Shown here: positions 36,166 through 47,500 of the stretch, piece after piece
Layout: every line of letters starts with the position of its first letter
Position numbering within the stretch: position 1 is the first letter of the stretch
From: an uncultured Cardiobacteriales bacterium
GTDB lineage: Bacteria; Pseudomonadota; Gammaproteobacteria; CAYWWW01
Length of the DNA: 64,000 nucleotides
Direction of reading: 5' to 3'
Assembly: GCA_964462205.1 (NCBI GenBank)
Contig: CAYWWW010000009.1
Span: forward strand, 40,455-104,454
The notes under the pieces: generated by a model
Seen by the model: only the letters and a program-made list of their open reading frames with translations
Told to the model about the DNA's origin: nothing
Databases searched by the model: none
Position numbers and translations under genes: made by a program

Positions 36166-38190
36166 TTAAGCAAGTTGACTGCCGACTGTCGCTTGCGCAT
36201 CCATAAATACCACCAAGGGCTGACCCTGGTCATTTTGGACGGTCAGTAGCATACCTTCTGATATACCAAAACGCATTTTTTTCGGCGCAAGGTTAGCAAC
36301 GACTAAGACTTTTTTACCGAGTAAATCAGCCGGCGCATAATGTTTCGCAATGCCGGAAAAAATCTGCCGCAACCGTCCTTCAGCCAAATCCACTTGTAAG
36401 CACAAAAGTTTTTCGGCACCAGCTACGGTATCAACGGCTTTGACTTCAGCAACACGCAAGACAACTTTTTGAAAATCGGCCAGGGAAATGGGATCGCTCA
36501 CGGTTTTTGTCACTACATCTGTTATTATTTCTGCTTTTTTTACAATATCTTGACCAACACTATTTTTTTCTATCAAGACAGAGGCATCCAGACGCTGCAA
36601 CAACGGCAGATAAGCCGGCAAGGTTTTATTGCGCAAAGGCGTTTGCACGGCATCCCAATGCCTTAAATCATCAGCAAGAAATTCAGCTACTTTTGCCACG
36701 GTTCCCGGAATTACCGGTTGCAGATAAATCGCCAATACGCGGAATAAATTGATAACTTGTGTGCAGATGGCTTGCACTTCCACTAATTTTTCCGCGTCTT
36801 TGGCCAAAGCCCACGGTTTATGCTGATCTACATAGGCATTGGCTGCATCGGTCAACTGCATGATTTCACGAATAGCTTTACTAAAACTACGCTGTGCGAA
36901 ACTTTCGGCAATGCTTTCACCAGCATTGACAAAACTTTGATAAAGTTCAGGTTCAAGTAAGCGATCAGATAATTTTCCCTCATGGTATTTTTCTAAAAGT
37001 TTTGCCGAGCGACTCAATAAATTGATCCATTTGCCAACCAAATCGCTATTCACCCGTTGCTGAAAATCTTCCACATTCAAGTCAATATCTTCTACTTGTG
37101 CGCTTAATTTGGCTGCAAAATAATAACGCAGATAGTCAGGCTCACCGATACTTTCTCGATATTTTTGCGCCGTGATAAAAGTGCCGCGTGACTTGGACAT
37201 TTTTTGGCCATCCACGGTTAAAAAACCATGCGCGAAAATCGCTGTCGGCAAGCGCAAACCAGCAGCAGACAGCATAGCCGGCCAAAATAAGCCATGGAAA
37301 TAGATGATGTCTTTGCCAATAAAATGATAGAGCTCGGTTTTTTCATTACTTAACCAAAAACTATCAAAATCAATACCTTTTTTTGCGCAAAGTGCTTGAA
37401 AACTCGCCATATAGCCCATCGGCGCATCCAGCCACACATAAAAATATTTATCGTCAAAACCTGGAATGACAAAACCCCAATACGGCGCATCGCGGGAAAT
37501 ATCCCAGGGATTTAAGTCGGCACTTAACCATTCGCGTAATTTATTAGTAACTTCTGGCTGTAATGCTGAACTATCCAGATATTGTTGCAAGGTATCCTGC
37601 ATCTTTGCCAAGTCAAAAAATAAGTGTAATGAGGATTTTTCGACCGGTACTGCGCCGGAAATCGCCGAACGCGCTTCGATTAACTCCAAAGGGTTATACG
37701 TTGCGCCGCAAACTTCGCAACTGTCACCATATTGATCTGAAGCACCACAACGCGGACAAGTACCGCGAATAAAACGATCTGGCAAAAACATTTTTGCTTC
37801 AGTGTCATAGGCTTGGCTGATTTCCTTTTCGATAATCAAGCCTTGCTCGCGCAGTCGTAAAAAAATCGTCTCTGCCCATAAGCGATTTTCGGGGCTGTGC
37901 GTGCTGTGATAATGGTCAAAGCCAATATGGAAATGCGCAAAATCGGCTTGATGTTCTTGGGAAAAACGCGCAATCAATGCCTCCGGCGTCACCCCTTCCT
38001 GCTGGGCTTTGAGCATAATGGGCGTACCGTGGGCATCATCAGCGCAGACGTAATAGCATTCGTGACGCTGGCTTTTTTGAAAACGCACCCAGATGTCGGT
38101 TTGAATATATTCAACCAGATGCCCTAAATGAATGGCACCATTGGCATAAGGTAAAGCGCTGGTCACTAGAATGCGGCGCGGTGTAGTCAT
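36166..38190 (-). CDS. metG: methionyl-tRNA synthetase
   Basis: HIGH-type motif (ANGAIHLGH), KMSKS, zinc knuckle (CPRCGASDQYGDSCEVCG) and a C-terminal tRNA-binding domain. Confidence 0.95.
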   Translation of the reverse strand: MTTPRRILVTSALPYANGAIHLGHLVEYIQTDIWVRFQKSQRHECYYVCADDAHGTPIMLKAQQEGVTPEALIARFSQEHQADFAHFHIGFDHYHSTHSPENRLWAETIFLRLREQGLIIEKEISQAYDTEAKMFLPDRFIRGTCPRCGASDQYGDSCEVCGATYNPLELIEARSAISGAVPVEKSSLHLFFDLAKMQDTLQQYLDSSALQPEVTNKLREWLSADLNPWDISRDAPYWGFVIPGFDDKYFYVWLDAPMGYMASFQALCAKKGIDFDSFWLSNEKTELYHFIGKDIIYFHGLFWPAMLSAAGLRLPTAIFAHGFLTVDGQKMSKSRGTFITAQKYRESIGEPDYLRYYFAAKLSAQVEDIDLNVEDFQQRVNSDLVGKWINLLSRSAKLLEKYHEGKLSDRLLEPELYQSFVNAGESIAESFAQRSFSKAIREIMQLTDAANAYVDQHKPWALAKDAEKLVEVQAICTQVINLFRVLAIYLQPVIPGTVAKVAEFLADDLRHWDAVQTPLRNKTLPAYLPLLQRLDASVLIEKNSVGQDIVKKAEIITDVVTKTVSDPISLADFQKVVLRVAEVKAVDTVAGAEKLLCLQVDLAEGRLRQIFSGIAKHYAPADLLGKKVLVVANLAPKKMRFGISEGMLLTVQNDQGQPLVVFMDAQATVGSQLA

Positions 38191-38342
38191 ATTTTTTAAG
38201 GTGAATAAAAAACCGTCGAGGCTACCAATTTTTTAAGAGCAGTGCTAGTCTTGGTAGCGTTTTTTCTAAAAAAATCATGTAGTATTTATCTGACTTTTAT
38301 TATCTTTTTTATTTTTTCGCTTATTTTTTTCAAGGAACTGCT

Positions 38343-39437
38343 ATGTCTTTCACCAAAGCTGCTGTAGAAGCCGTCTTAAAAACTATCCCTTTCATTTATT
38401 TGGATAAACCGTTAAGCGAAAGCTGTCAAATACAAAAATTGGAAGTCAATAACGAAGGGGTGGTGCATCTGGAATTACTTTTTTCCTTCCCCATTTTGCG
38501 TTATCAAAGCCAATTACAAGAAATGATCAGCGATGCCTTACAAAAATTACCTGGATTCAAAAACCTGCACTTAAAATTAGCGGTTAAAGTTGCCAGTCAC
38601 GCTGTCCAAAAACAATTAAAACCTTTACAAAATATCAAAAATATCATTGCCGTAGCATCTGGAAAAGGTGGCGTGGGCAAGTCCACTACTGCCGTCAATT
38701 TGGCCTTAGCCTTGGTTTCCGACGGCGCAACCGTGGGAATTTTAGATGCCGATATCTATGGCCCCAGTCAACCGCGCATGTTGGGTAAAATCGGTGAACG
38801 CCCCGACAGCCGTGACAATAAAAGTCTGGAACCCATTGAAGCACATGGACTTCAGGCAATGTCTATCGGTTTTCTCATTGAAGAAGACACGCCGATGATT
38901 TGGCGGGGGCCGATGGTGACGCAAGCCTTGGAGCAGTTGTTAAATGATACACGCTGGCGGAACTTAGATTATTTAATCATAGACTTACCACCAGGAACCG
39001 GCGATATTCAATTAACCCTGGCGCAAAAAATTCCGGTCAGCGGTGCGATCATCGTCACTACACCGCAAGACATTGCTTTGTTAGACGCGCAAAAAGGTTT
39101 GCAAATGTTTGAAAAAGTTGCAGTTCCCATTTTAGGCATTGTCGAAAATATGAGCATTCACATTTGTAGCAACTGCGGTCACGAAGAAGCCATTTTTGGC
39201 GAAGGCGGCGGCGAAAAACTCTCGAAAAAATACAATGTTGAGTTCTTAGGTGCGCTACCTTTGGATAAAAGCATCCGTGAAGAAGCTGATGGCGGTAAAC
39301 CGAGTGTCGCCGCGCAACCAGAAAGCCGCATTGCCGAAATGTATCGAGGCATTTCCCGGCGGGCGAGTGCAAAACTTTCTTTGCAATCCAAGGATTACAG
39401 CATGAAGTTTCCCAATATCGTCATTAAAAGCAGCTAA
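38343..39437 (+). CDS. apbC: Mrp/ApbC iron-sulfur cluster carrier ATPase
   Basis: N-terminal DUF59-like region, deviant Walker A ([14 protein letters not shown]) and a CxxC pair (CSNCGHEE). Confidence 0.9.
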   Translation: MSFTKAAVEAVLKTIPFIYLDKPLSESCQIQKLEVNNEGVVHLELLFSFPILRYQSQLQEMISDALQKLPGFKNLHLKLAVKVASHAVQKQLKPLQNIKNIIAVASGKGGVGKSTTAVNLALALVSDGATVGILDADIYGPSQPRMLGKIGERPDSRDNKSLEPIEAHGLQAMSIGFLIEEDTPMIWRGPMVTQALEQLLNDTRWRNLDYLIIDLPPGTGDIQLTLAQKIPVSGAIIVTTPQDIALLDAQKGLQMFEKVAVPILGIVENMSIHICSNCGHEEAIFGEGGGEKLSKKYNVEFLGALPLDKSIREEADGGKPSVAAQPESRIAEMYRGISRRASAKLSLQSKDYSMKFPNIVIKSS

Positions 39438-39442
39438 AACTG

Positions 39443-40009
39443 ATGGGCGTTAAATCTGATCAGTGGATTATTCAACAAGGGCAAGCGGGGATGATTTCCC
39501 CGTTTGAACCGCGTTTGATCAACCGGTTAGCCAACGGTGAGAAAGTCATTTCTTTTGGTACTTCAAGTTATGGCTATGATGTCCGCTGTGCGCCGGAGTT
39601 TAAGATTTTTACCAATATTAACAGCACCATCGTTGACCCAAAAAACTTTGATCCAAATAGTTTTATCGAAGTCCATAATGACATTTGTATCATCCCACCT
39701 AATTCTTTTGCACTGGCGCGGACTTTGGAATATTTTCGCATTCCTCGGGAGGTCTTGGTGATCTGTTTAGGCAAATCCACTTATGCGCGCTGTGGGATTA
39801 TTGTCAATGTCACACCATTAGAACCGGAATGGCAAGGCCATGTTACGCTTGAATTTTCTAACACTACACCGCTGCCGGCAAAAATTTACGCCCACGAAGG
39901 TGTGGCGCAGATGGTGTTCTTGGGTGCTGAAGAAATCTGTCAAGTGTCCTATCAAGACCGGCAGGGGAAATATCAAGGTCAACTCGGCGTGACCTTGCCA
40001 AAGACTTGA
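39443..40009 (+). CDS. dcd: dCTP deaminase
   Basis: 188 aa with full-length Dcd-like sequence ([10 protein letters not shown]...GYDVRC...). Confidence 0.9.
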   Translation: MGVKSDQWIIQQGQAGMISPFEPRLINRLANGEKVISFGTSSYGYDVRCAPEFKIFTNINSTIVDPKNFDPNSFIEVHNDICIIPPNSFALARTLEYFRIPREVLVICLGKSTYARCGIIVNVTPLEPEWQGHVTLEFSNTTPLPAKIYAHEGVAQMVFLGAEEICQVSYQDRQGKYQGQLGVTLPKT

Positions 40010-40190
40010 TATTTCTTACCTACTGATTTTATTTTAGTTTTTTAAGGGATAAGCTATTCCAGTTGGCGAAGAAATGTTGTAGTGGAATAGTGATAAAAAA
40101 ATAAATGATAGCTTAATTTTATTTAATATTTTCTAGGCAGTTTCAACGAAGAGAGTTTGCCTTTTTATTTAATTAAGACAGAGGTATAAG

Positions 40191-40739
40191 TCAACCTTCG
40201 GCACCAAACTGCGCTAAGTTCTCTGGCTTAAATAAACCAACGCGCAAGCTATTGGCGACATAGATGGTTCTGCCATCCACACTGACTTTGCCATCGGCAA
40301 TACCCATAATCAGTTTTCTTTGAATTAAGCGCTTGATATCTAAATGATATTCTACAATTTTATTGGTCGGTAAAATCTGTCCGGTAAAGCGCACTTCATC
40401 CACACCCAAAGCGCGGCCATAGCCCGGATTGCCAAGCCAAGCCAAATAAAAACCCAGCATTTGCCACAGGGCATCCAGACCCAAACAGCCTGGCATCACC
40501 GGGTCATTGTGAAAATGACAGGCAAAAAACCACAACTCGGGTTTAATAGTCAACGTTGCTTTCATTTCGCCTTTGCCATAAGCGCCGCCTTCGGTATGAA
40601 TATGATCAACGCGATCCATCATCAGCATGTTGTTGATCGGTAATTGCGCATTACCAGTGCCGAAAAGTTCGCCGTGGCCACAGCGTTGTAAGTCATCTTG
40701 GGAAAAAGCGTGCAGATGCGTTAAATTTTTTGTATTCAT
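40191..40739 (-). CDS. fabA: 3-hydroxydecanoyl-ACP dehydratase/isomerase FabA
   Basis: 182 aa hot-dog fold with FabA active-site region ([20 protein letters not shown]). Confidence 0.85.
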   Translation of the reverse strand: MNTKNLTHLHAFSQDDLQRCGHGELFGTGNAQLPINNMLMMDRVDHIHTEGGAYGKGEMKATLTIKPELWFFACHFHNDPVMPGCLGLDALWQMLGFYLAWLGNPGYGRALGVDEVRFTGQILPTNKIVEYHLDIKRLIQRKLIMGIADGKVSVDGRTIYVANSLRVGLFKPENLAQFGAEG

Positions 40740-40754
40740 CAGTATAAGGGTCTA

Positions 40755-40807
40755 AAAGAAACGAAAAAAGCGAAAAAAGCGAAAAAAAATGGCGTCATCA
40801 CTGACGC
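40755..40807 (-). terminator. rho-independent terminator after the 148-aa membrane-protein gene
   Basis: Hairpin ggcgtcatcactgacgcc followed, on the minus strand, by a T-rich tract with GCG interruptions. Confidence 0.45.
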
Positions 40808-40839
40808 CAGTATTTGAAAACGAGAAAGCCAAGCAAAGG

Positions 40840-41286
40840 TTAATTGCCTAAATTACCTGGTAAACCAAAGTCACGACGTGCGGTCGCGATAGTGATGCTG
40901 AAGCCGGCGATCACATCCAATAAGGACATCATGGCCAACAAGAAAAAGATCGAGTTACCCGCTTCTTTCACCAAAAGAAATTCCAAGAAATACACCATAA
41001 ACACCACCAAAGAAATCACATGCTCTACGGAAGTACTAGTGCTAGTTTTGGTGGACTTCAGCAATTCAAAAAACAAAAAGGCCAAACCTATCAATAAAAA
41101 AAGATGGCCTACTTGCATCTCCCAAGCCGATCCTGAAACCAACGGAATGCTAAACATGGCGCTTTTCATCAGTTCATTGGCATCATCTGGAAAAAGCATC
41201 ACGATGTTATAAACCAACAGCATCAAAAAAAACAAAGGGAAAAAGTCTAACACTTTAAAAATCAGCGGACGATTATCTTCAGCCAT
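40840..41286 (-). CDS. hypothetical integral membrane protein (148 aa) with internal Ser/Thr run
   Basis: Four hydrophobic helices and a KSTKTSTSTS linker; no family recognised. Confidence 0.3.
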   Translation of the reverse strand: MAEDNRPLIFKVLDFFPLFFLMLLVYNIVMLFPDDANELMKSAMFSIPLVSGSAWEMQVGHLFLLIGLAFLFFELLKSTKTSTSTSVEHVISLVVFMVYFLEFLLVKEAGNSIFFLLAMMSLLDVIAGFSITIATARRDFGLPGNLGN

Positions 41287-41440
41287 ACATTCCTCTAAAA
41301 GTTATCAAAAAAAGCGCGGGTAAACGCGCTACAAAAATACGGAAGGTCAGGCTTTTTGGCAAATTTTCTGTAAAAACTTTTGCAAAAAAAATTTTTAGGC
41401 GACAAAAACCACTTTGAAAAACACCCGCGGCTGCGCGAGG

Positions 41441-41617
41441 CTATCCTTGATAAGCAACCAAAATCGCTTGAATTTCCGCCAAAGTTTTATCGGTTTCAAC
41501 GTGATCAATTTCAATCCGCACGCCAGTCATATCTTTGACAAAGGCCATAAATACATCGGGATGCGAAAAGGCTTTCTTAAAAATCACTTCATAACGTAAA
41601 GACGCTACTTGTTTCAT
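41441..41617 (-). CDS. small ORF (58 aa) resembling the N-terminus of Rpn/YhgA-like PD-(D/E)XK putative transposases
   Basis: Below the ORF-track size cutoff. A GGGGAGA SD sits 5 nt upstream, and its ATG directly follows the Uma2 TAA (TAAATG). The sequence MKQVASLRYEVIFKKAFSHPDVFMAFVKD... has the pattern of that family's N-terminus. Confidence 0.3.
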   Translation of the reverse strand: MKQVASLRYEVIFKKAFSHPDVFMAFVKDMTGVRIEIDHVETDKTLAEIQAILVAYQG

Positions 41618-42235
41618 TTATTCTCCCCATAAGTCACTTAAAAAAATGCTTATTTCGCTAAAAGGTTTGACCGTTACTTGATCATCTTCTGACCATTGTC
41701 CAAGCAACTGCCAATTTCCAGCAACGCATTCCAATGCCTCTAAAGTTCTTGCTAACGGGTCCACCAACCAAGCAAATGACACACCATAATGCGCGTACAA
41801 AGGCATTTTAACCTCGCGGTCTTTGCTTTTGGTCGAAGGCGATAAAATCTCGCAGATCCAATCAGGCACGGTAGTGATTTTTTGCGTCGCTGATGGTTTC
41901 GGCAGACGTTCCCGCCGCCAACCGGCAATATCCGGCACCATAATTTCTTGATTAACCACAAAATGAATTTCCGGCTCAATGATAATCCACCAGCCACCCA
42001 AGCCACCACGACCTCGACCATAGGCTTGATGCAGATCGCTTGATAAGGCAGTTTCTACTTGGCCATGTGCCCAACTTGGTCGCGGCACCGCGTGTAATTG
42101 GCCATTGAGCAACTCGCCGGTGAGGTGTGCTGGCAGTTGTTGCAATTGTTCGTACAAGGTAAATTTTGGCTGCGCACTCATGATTTTTCCTGCTTTTTCG
42201 TTTGACAATGACGATAATAATGAAAAATTTTTCAA
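41618..42235 (-). CDS. Uma2 family (DUF820) putative PD-(D/E)xK endonuclease
   Basis: Core PDWICEILSPSTKSKDREVKMPLYAHYGVSFAWLVDP fits the Uma2 signature (D...E-x-L/ILS...K). Confidence 0.65.
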   Translation of the reverse strand: MKNFSLLSSLSNEKAGKIMSAQPKFTLYEQLQQLPAHLTGELLNGQLHAVPRPSWAHGQVETALSSDLHQAYGRGRGGLGGWWIIIEPEIHFVVNQEIMVPDIAGWRRERLPKPSATQKITTVPDWICEILSPSTKSKDREVKMPLYAHYGVSFAWLVDPLARTLEALECVAGNWQLLGQWSEDDQVTVKPFSEISIFLSDLWGE

Positions 42236-42288
42236 TTCATTTCAATCCACTCAGTTGATTCAACGCCTCCTAAAATTTTTTCAAATGT

Positions 42289-43056
42289 ATGCACAAGCAT
42301 CCCAATCCAGAACAACCGCGTCGCCTTGATTTTTGGCTCTCGCATTTTGGTTACTGTCCACGAAATGAAGTCAGCGCCTTAATTGCCGCCGGATATGTTC
42401 AAGGCAGAGGCATCGAAAATCTGCGTGCTGACACGCGCCTAAAAGCCACGGCGATTTTGCTCGACGGTCAGCCGATTCCGCATCCCAATGGCCTGGTGGT
42501 GATGCTGCATAAACCCTGCGGCCTGGTCTGTTCGCATGACAGCCGCGACGGTCCGCCGGTCTATCGCCTCCTGCCGGAATGGCTACAACGGCGCAACGTG
42601 CAGAGCATTGGCCGTTTGGACAAGGACACCAGCGGCCTTTTGTTATTGACCGACCGAGGCGACTGGCTGCATCGTTTAACCAGTCCCAAACATGCCCATG
42701 CCCGACGTTATCAAGTGACAGTTCATAAATCTTTTGCAGATACAAAAGGTTTAATTGAAATTTTTGCCAGCGGGCAGTTGCAATTGCACCATGAAAAAAC
42801 CCCTTGCCAACCAGCGCAGTTGACGATTACCGGCGACAACCACGCCACCGTGGTTTTATCTGAAGGGCGCTATCACCAAGTGCGACGGATGTTTGCCGCC
42901 TGTGGCTATCAAGTAGAAACCTTGCATCGGGATGCCTTTGGAAGGTGGACATTGGGGAGTTTGGCGGTGGGGGAGTGGCTGATTTTGGAAAATTTTGCCG
43001 CAATTTTCGCAAAGGTTGCGCCAAGTAATGCGGAACAAACTCCCGAAAAAACATAG
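42289..43056 (+). CDS. rsuA: 16S rRNA pseudouridine synthase RsuA family
   Basis: S4-like N-terminus and the catalytic motif GRLDKDTSGLLLLTDRG. Confidence 0.8.
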   Translation: MHKHPNPEQPRRLDFWLSHFGYCPRNEVSALIAAGYVQGRGIENLRADTRLKATAILLDGQPIPHPNGLVVMLHKPCGLVCSHDSRDGPPVYRLLPEWLQRRNVQSIGRLDKDTSGLLLLTDRGDWLHRLTSPKHAHARRYQVTVHKSFADTKGLIEIFASGQLQLHHEKTPCQPAQLTITGDNHATVVLSEGRYHQVRRMFAACGYQVETLHRDAFGRWTLGSLAVGEWLILENFAAIFAKVAPSNAEQTPEKT

Positions 43057-43137
43057 CAAACCAGCGCCAAAAATGTTAAAAACACTTTAATCCATTCCTT
43101 TTATTACCAACCTATTAACAAGAGAGCCAACGTCCGT

Positions 43138-44394
43138 ATGCCAATTTTTGCCACCACCTTTTTATCCTATGGTCAAAATGATCACGCCTTAGCGCAAGCA
43201 CTCGCCAAACAGCTCCATGCACAAGGGATTACCGCCTGGTTAGACCGTAAAGACATCCCTATGTCTGGACATTTACCTGAAATTTTAAGAACTTTTCCAC
43301 AGAATAAGCGTTCTGTCACCTTGCTGCTCTCGGAGGCAGCATTGCAATCCGCCTGGGCGGGGGATGCCTTAAATAGCATTCTGTGGGTTTTGGATGATGT
43401 GCATATTTTTCCTATCTATCTTGGCGAGCCAAAAGCCTTAATGAACCGCCATGAACTCTTAAAAATGCGTTGGTTAGATGCGGATGGACAAGTTCAACAG
43501 AAAGGCGTGATTTTAGATGAAAATGCTTTGCTTGCACTAAACCATGATCCTGAAAAACAAGCACAGTTTTGCATTGAACAAGGAAAAATAGCCAAATTTT
43601 ATATGCAGGTAGCCGCGTTTTCACAAGCACCAGCAGTAATTATAGAACTCGGACAAAGCAACGGCGATGCCGCAAAACTTCCGGCTTTTTTGCGGCAGCT
43701 CGATGAAAAATATCAACAAGCAGTACCAGTTTTACCTTTAGCAAACGCAGTGGCTAAAGCCGGTTTGAGCGAAGACACTTGGCAGACGACGCAAAACGCT
43801 TGGCAGAATATTTTGGAGCAAGCCTTGGGGGAGGTTAGCCGAGAGCGGGATGTGTATATCAATGGTCACAGCGCCTTGGCGCTTGGTTTTTTTCTGGGGC
43901 ATGTTTTTCATCGTGGTACTGGCGCAACCTTATTTTGTCTCAATGCTTTTCAAGAAGATGAATGCTTTAGCAATCAAGGTCAGGAACGGCGTGTTCCTTT
44001 AACGGGTCAAGCGCATTGTCAGCAGGAAAAAACACCGCTTATTGATAAAACCCAAAAATATCCACGCCTGGCCTTGGTTTTGGGCACCGAACGCTATGCC
44101 GATGGCGTGTGGACGTTTGCACAACAGCAAAAAAATTATCCGCCCGTGGCTTGGATTAAAAGCAGTATTTTCAATACGTCAGGACAAGCACTGGCGTTTA
44201 TTGGCAATGTCGTGGCGTTTTTGCGGCATCACGAGGTAAAAGAACTGTATTTATTTACGTCTCTGCCTTTTCATATCTTGCCACTCTTAGCGGCGAATCT
44301 GGTGGAGGTGGTGGATAAAGTCATTTTTGTTGAAGCGCAAAAAGCAGCAGCCAACGATCCTAACAAAGCCTATGTACATCTGCCGATGCCTTAA
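43138..44394 (+). CDS. TIR-domain protein with uncharacterised C-terminal alpha/beta domain (putative defence or signalling protein)
   Basis: The N-terminal ~140 aa has a TIR pattern: TTFLSYGQND, GITAWLDRKDIPMSG, SVTLLLSEAALQSAWAGDAL. The C-terminal ~220 aa has a Rossmann-like strand-helix start (VYINGHSALALGFFLG). Confidence 0.5.
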   Translation: MPIFATTFLSYGQNDHALAQALAKQLHAQGITAWLDRKDIPMSGHLPEILRTFPQNKRSVTLLLSEAALQSAWAGDALNSILWVLDDVHIFPIYLGEPKALMNRHELLKMRWLDADGQVQQKGVILDENALLALNHDPEKQAQFCIEQGKIAKFYMQVAAFSQAPAVIIELGQSNGDAAKLPAFLRQLDEKYQQAVPVLPLANAVAKAGLSEDTWQTTQNAWQNILEQALGEVSRERDVYINGHSALALGFFLGHVFHRGTGATLFCLNAFQEDECFSNQGQERRVPLTGQAHCQQEKTPLIDKTQKYPRLALVLGTERYADGVWTFAQQQKNYPPVAWIKSSIFNTSGQALAFIGNVVAFLRHHEVKELYLFTSLPFHILPLLAANLVEVVDKVIFVEAQKAAANDPNKAYVHLPMP

Positions 44395-44450
44395 ATCCCT
44401 AACCAATTCACAAACACTAAAAAACTGCTGCGAAAAACGTTAAAACCCAT

Positions 44451-44490
44451 AAAAAAACCCCTCGGATGCTTGATCCTTGGGGTTTTTTGT
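44451..44490. terminator. bidirectional rho-independent terminator between TIR gene (+) and pilY1 (-)
   Basis: GC hairpin cccctcggatgcttgatccttgggg flanked by an A7 run upstream and a T6 run downstream. Confidence 0.6.
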
Positions 44491-44516
44491 TGTGACTCTG
44501 AATAATGGAAAGAATG

Positions 44517-47500
44517 TTAGAAGTTTGTCAACTCCTGCCAAGACAAACGTCCTGGAGAATCGGCACCCGGAGAAACAACCGGGGTTGAAGCTGGCAAGGC
44601 TTCCGACGTACCGGTAATGCGATAGTCACCAATAAATACCGAAGCACCTGGAATACCACTGACCATAAAGCCCACAGGCGCTTCACCGGCAATTTTGTCG
44701 TTGTCATCAATCAGGCCATCCCCAGTGCGATCAAAGGTCGAAAATTCAGGCGCACCACCTTCGGCCAAACCCACTGCCATCAAGAAACCAGAACCGGCTT
44801 GTACCTCGCAGCCATCACCGGAAGGAATAATGGTTTCAAAATAAGCCAAGTCGCCACGGATTTGCGGTGCATAGATCACCCGCTCACCTGCGGCTGGCAA
44901 ATCCAGCTTCCAACCTTTTTCAGTGGTAAAATCAATAGGATTTTTTGAAGCCAAACGATAGGTGCCACCATCCACTATCGTCTCATTGGTGATAGTTTGT
45001 GTCACCAAATCCCCTGTCGTAACACCGGTGTTGAGGCCATTATCAAAAACGCCAAAAAGATATTGCTGGTCGGTATTGCCCACGTCGTTGGTGCCAAGAT
45101 ACTGACCGGTACCAAAGACCACCATCATATTGGGATCGGCCATGGTGGGTTTGTCTTTTTTATAGTAAGGATGAATACCTGCCGCAGGTGCTGCGGTAAT
45201 CGGCTGTTTTTTATCGCCGGCAAAAAGTTTGCTGACGGTCCAACTGGCATCCGACGCATTGCTGACATCGAACTTCCACATATTGCCATAAATATCACCG
45301 GCATAGATCAAATCCACTTTGCCATCGGGCAAACCAGAGGGACCTGTGATATCCAAGACCGCAGGTGCTGACAAGCCATTTTTATCGCCTGTGCTGCCGG
45401 TGGCGGTGCTTAAAGCGATATAGTCGGAAGTTACTGTCCAACTGCCATCAATGCCGCCATCTACATAGATGATCATCAACTTGGCAATGCCGCTGCTGCT
45501 TTCATAACCATTGCCGATAATCACTGCCCATTTGCCATTTTGCATCGGGGCAATCACCGGCTGACCGGTAATATGGCCAATATCCGCACTATCATTAGCG
45601 CCAAACTCCCACATCACCAACTGACCAACATTGGCAGTTGTAAACTGAGTCGGATCCGTCACATCCAACGCGAATAAGCCGCGAGCACCTGCGCCCAAAC
45701 CTGCGGTGACCAGCGTGCGCCAGCTTTCGCTGCCCGAGGCGCGGGATTTGGTTTTTACGTCCTGCACCGACAAAGGCCCGTCAACGTAGTAATGATGGTT
45801 AAAAGCCGGGTCAGTTAGATAATGCAAGCCGGTTCTGATGCCATTCGCTGCAACTAAAGAAGGCATATACGCAAAAACTTCTTCACCGGTATCGGCTTTG
45901 GCCGCATGTAACAGACCATCATTGCCACCAAAATAGACGATGCCATCACGATTTTTGTACGTGTTCACAAAAGTCTCATAACCGCCAAAGGTCGTCGGCC
46001 AATTGGAGGAAGGTTTTTGCACATAGATAGAACCGCTGTTGATCAAAGTCCCAATCAAGGAACCGCGTTGACGGAATAAACTTAAGCCACTGCCCAGTTC
46101 ATTGCTCTGATCGCCTTTGAGATAAGCCAAGCGTTTTTCGCCATTGCCATCGGCAATACCATTCGGCGCGGTATTTAAGTCCGCCTGCATCGCCGTGGTT
46201 AAATTCGCCCAATTGGCTAAAACGCTATTGCCGTTATAAGTCGCAATGAAGCGGCTGACAAAGCCAGAGGCTGTCACCTGGTCTTGCAACTTCGTAGCGG
46301 CATCCCACTGCAAAGTATCCAAATTGGCAGTAGTATCTAAGCTATAGGCCAATAAGTTCCCTGACCAATCGCTGGTTTTAAACTCTTGCACAAAAGCCAC
46401 GGTATTCTCAATTTTTTGTCCAGCCGTTGACGAGGCCGCCGACAAAGAACCGACGGTATTTCTTTGCTTAATCAAAGTCACAACATCTTGCAAGGCTTGA
46501 ATCAACGATTGCGGGTCTTGGGCATTCAAAAACTGACCGCGACCATTCCAGGCGGCATGGCGTACATCGTCCACCGAGGTTTGGGTTTTATCGGCTGGCT
46601 GCGGCCAGGAAGCAAGGGAGGTTTTACGGTTGGCAGGCATACCTTTAATAGTGCCATCCACACCAAAAGCCACGGTATAGGTCAATAAATGCTGGGCGGG
46701 GTTTTCATCATCACCCGCCACGCGGATATCATTGGCAATGCCTGGTGCCAAATCGCGCTCATAATAAAACTGTGCGATATCGCCCAAGGTATCCAAGGCG
46801 CTTTGGCTACAGTTGGCATCATTTTGCGACGAATAGTCGAAAGCAGTATCACTATCGCAGTCGTTATTAGCAACAACACTAGCAATATTTTTATATTGGT
46901 TTTCATTGACATAGCCATCGGTCAACAAAATAGCAAAGTTCTGTTGGCAATTGCCACCATTGGCCAAATACACATCCGCCGGGTTGGTTGGTTCATCAAA
47001 ACCAAGGACGCTTTTGACGATAGGGTCGCCACGGTAATCCATTGCCGTGTTGGCAAAAGTCTTGCCGCTGCTGCTGCTGTTCAAGTCAAAATACTCACCC
47101 ACGGCGAGCATCCGGCTGCGTAACGGCGTAAAGCCAGTAGCGCTTAAACGCAATAAATCATCCAAAAGCGTTGCCTTGGCCGTGGCCTTGTTCATGTCGG
47201 CCAAAGGTCGGCCCACCGTTTCTTGGTTATCGAACTGATTTTTACGATAGCCGCCAGTTTGTTTGCCTAGCAGAATAGCCGGTTTGTTGGTCAGCGCCTC
47301 AAACTCTCCACTACCGGCGTTATAGTTAAGCTCATAACGCGTCAACACCCCCATCCCCATGCGCTCGGTGCTGTTCTCAATCAACTGACTGACCGCAAGT
47401 TTCATCACATATTCGCGTTTGCGATTATACGAATACCAACGCGCATAGTTTCGCTGCTGCGCCAGCGGCAAATAGCGCATACACACCCGACCGTCGATGG

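Noticed and set aside
40741-40790. Short (A)6GCG repeats (gaaaaaagcgaaaaaagcgaaaaaaaa) as a possible micro-satellite or CRISPR-like feature
   Set aside because: Only about 2.5 units, and it forms the T-tract of a rho-independent terminator on the minus strand. It is not a spacer-repeat array.
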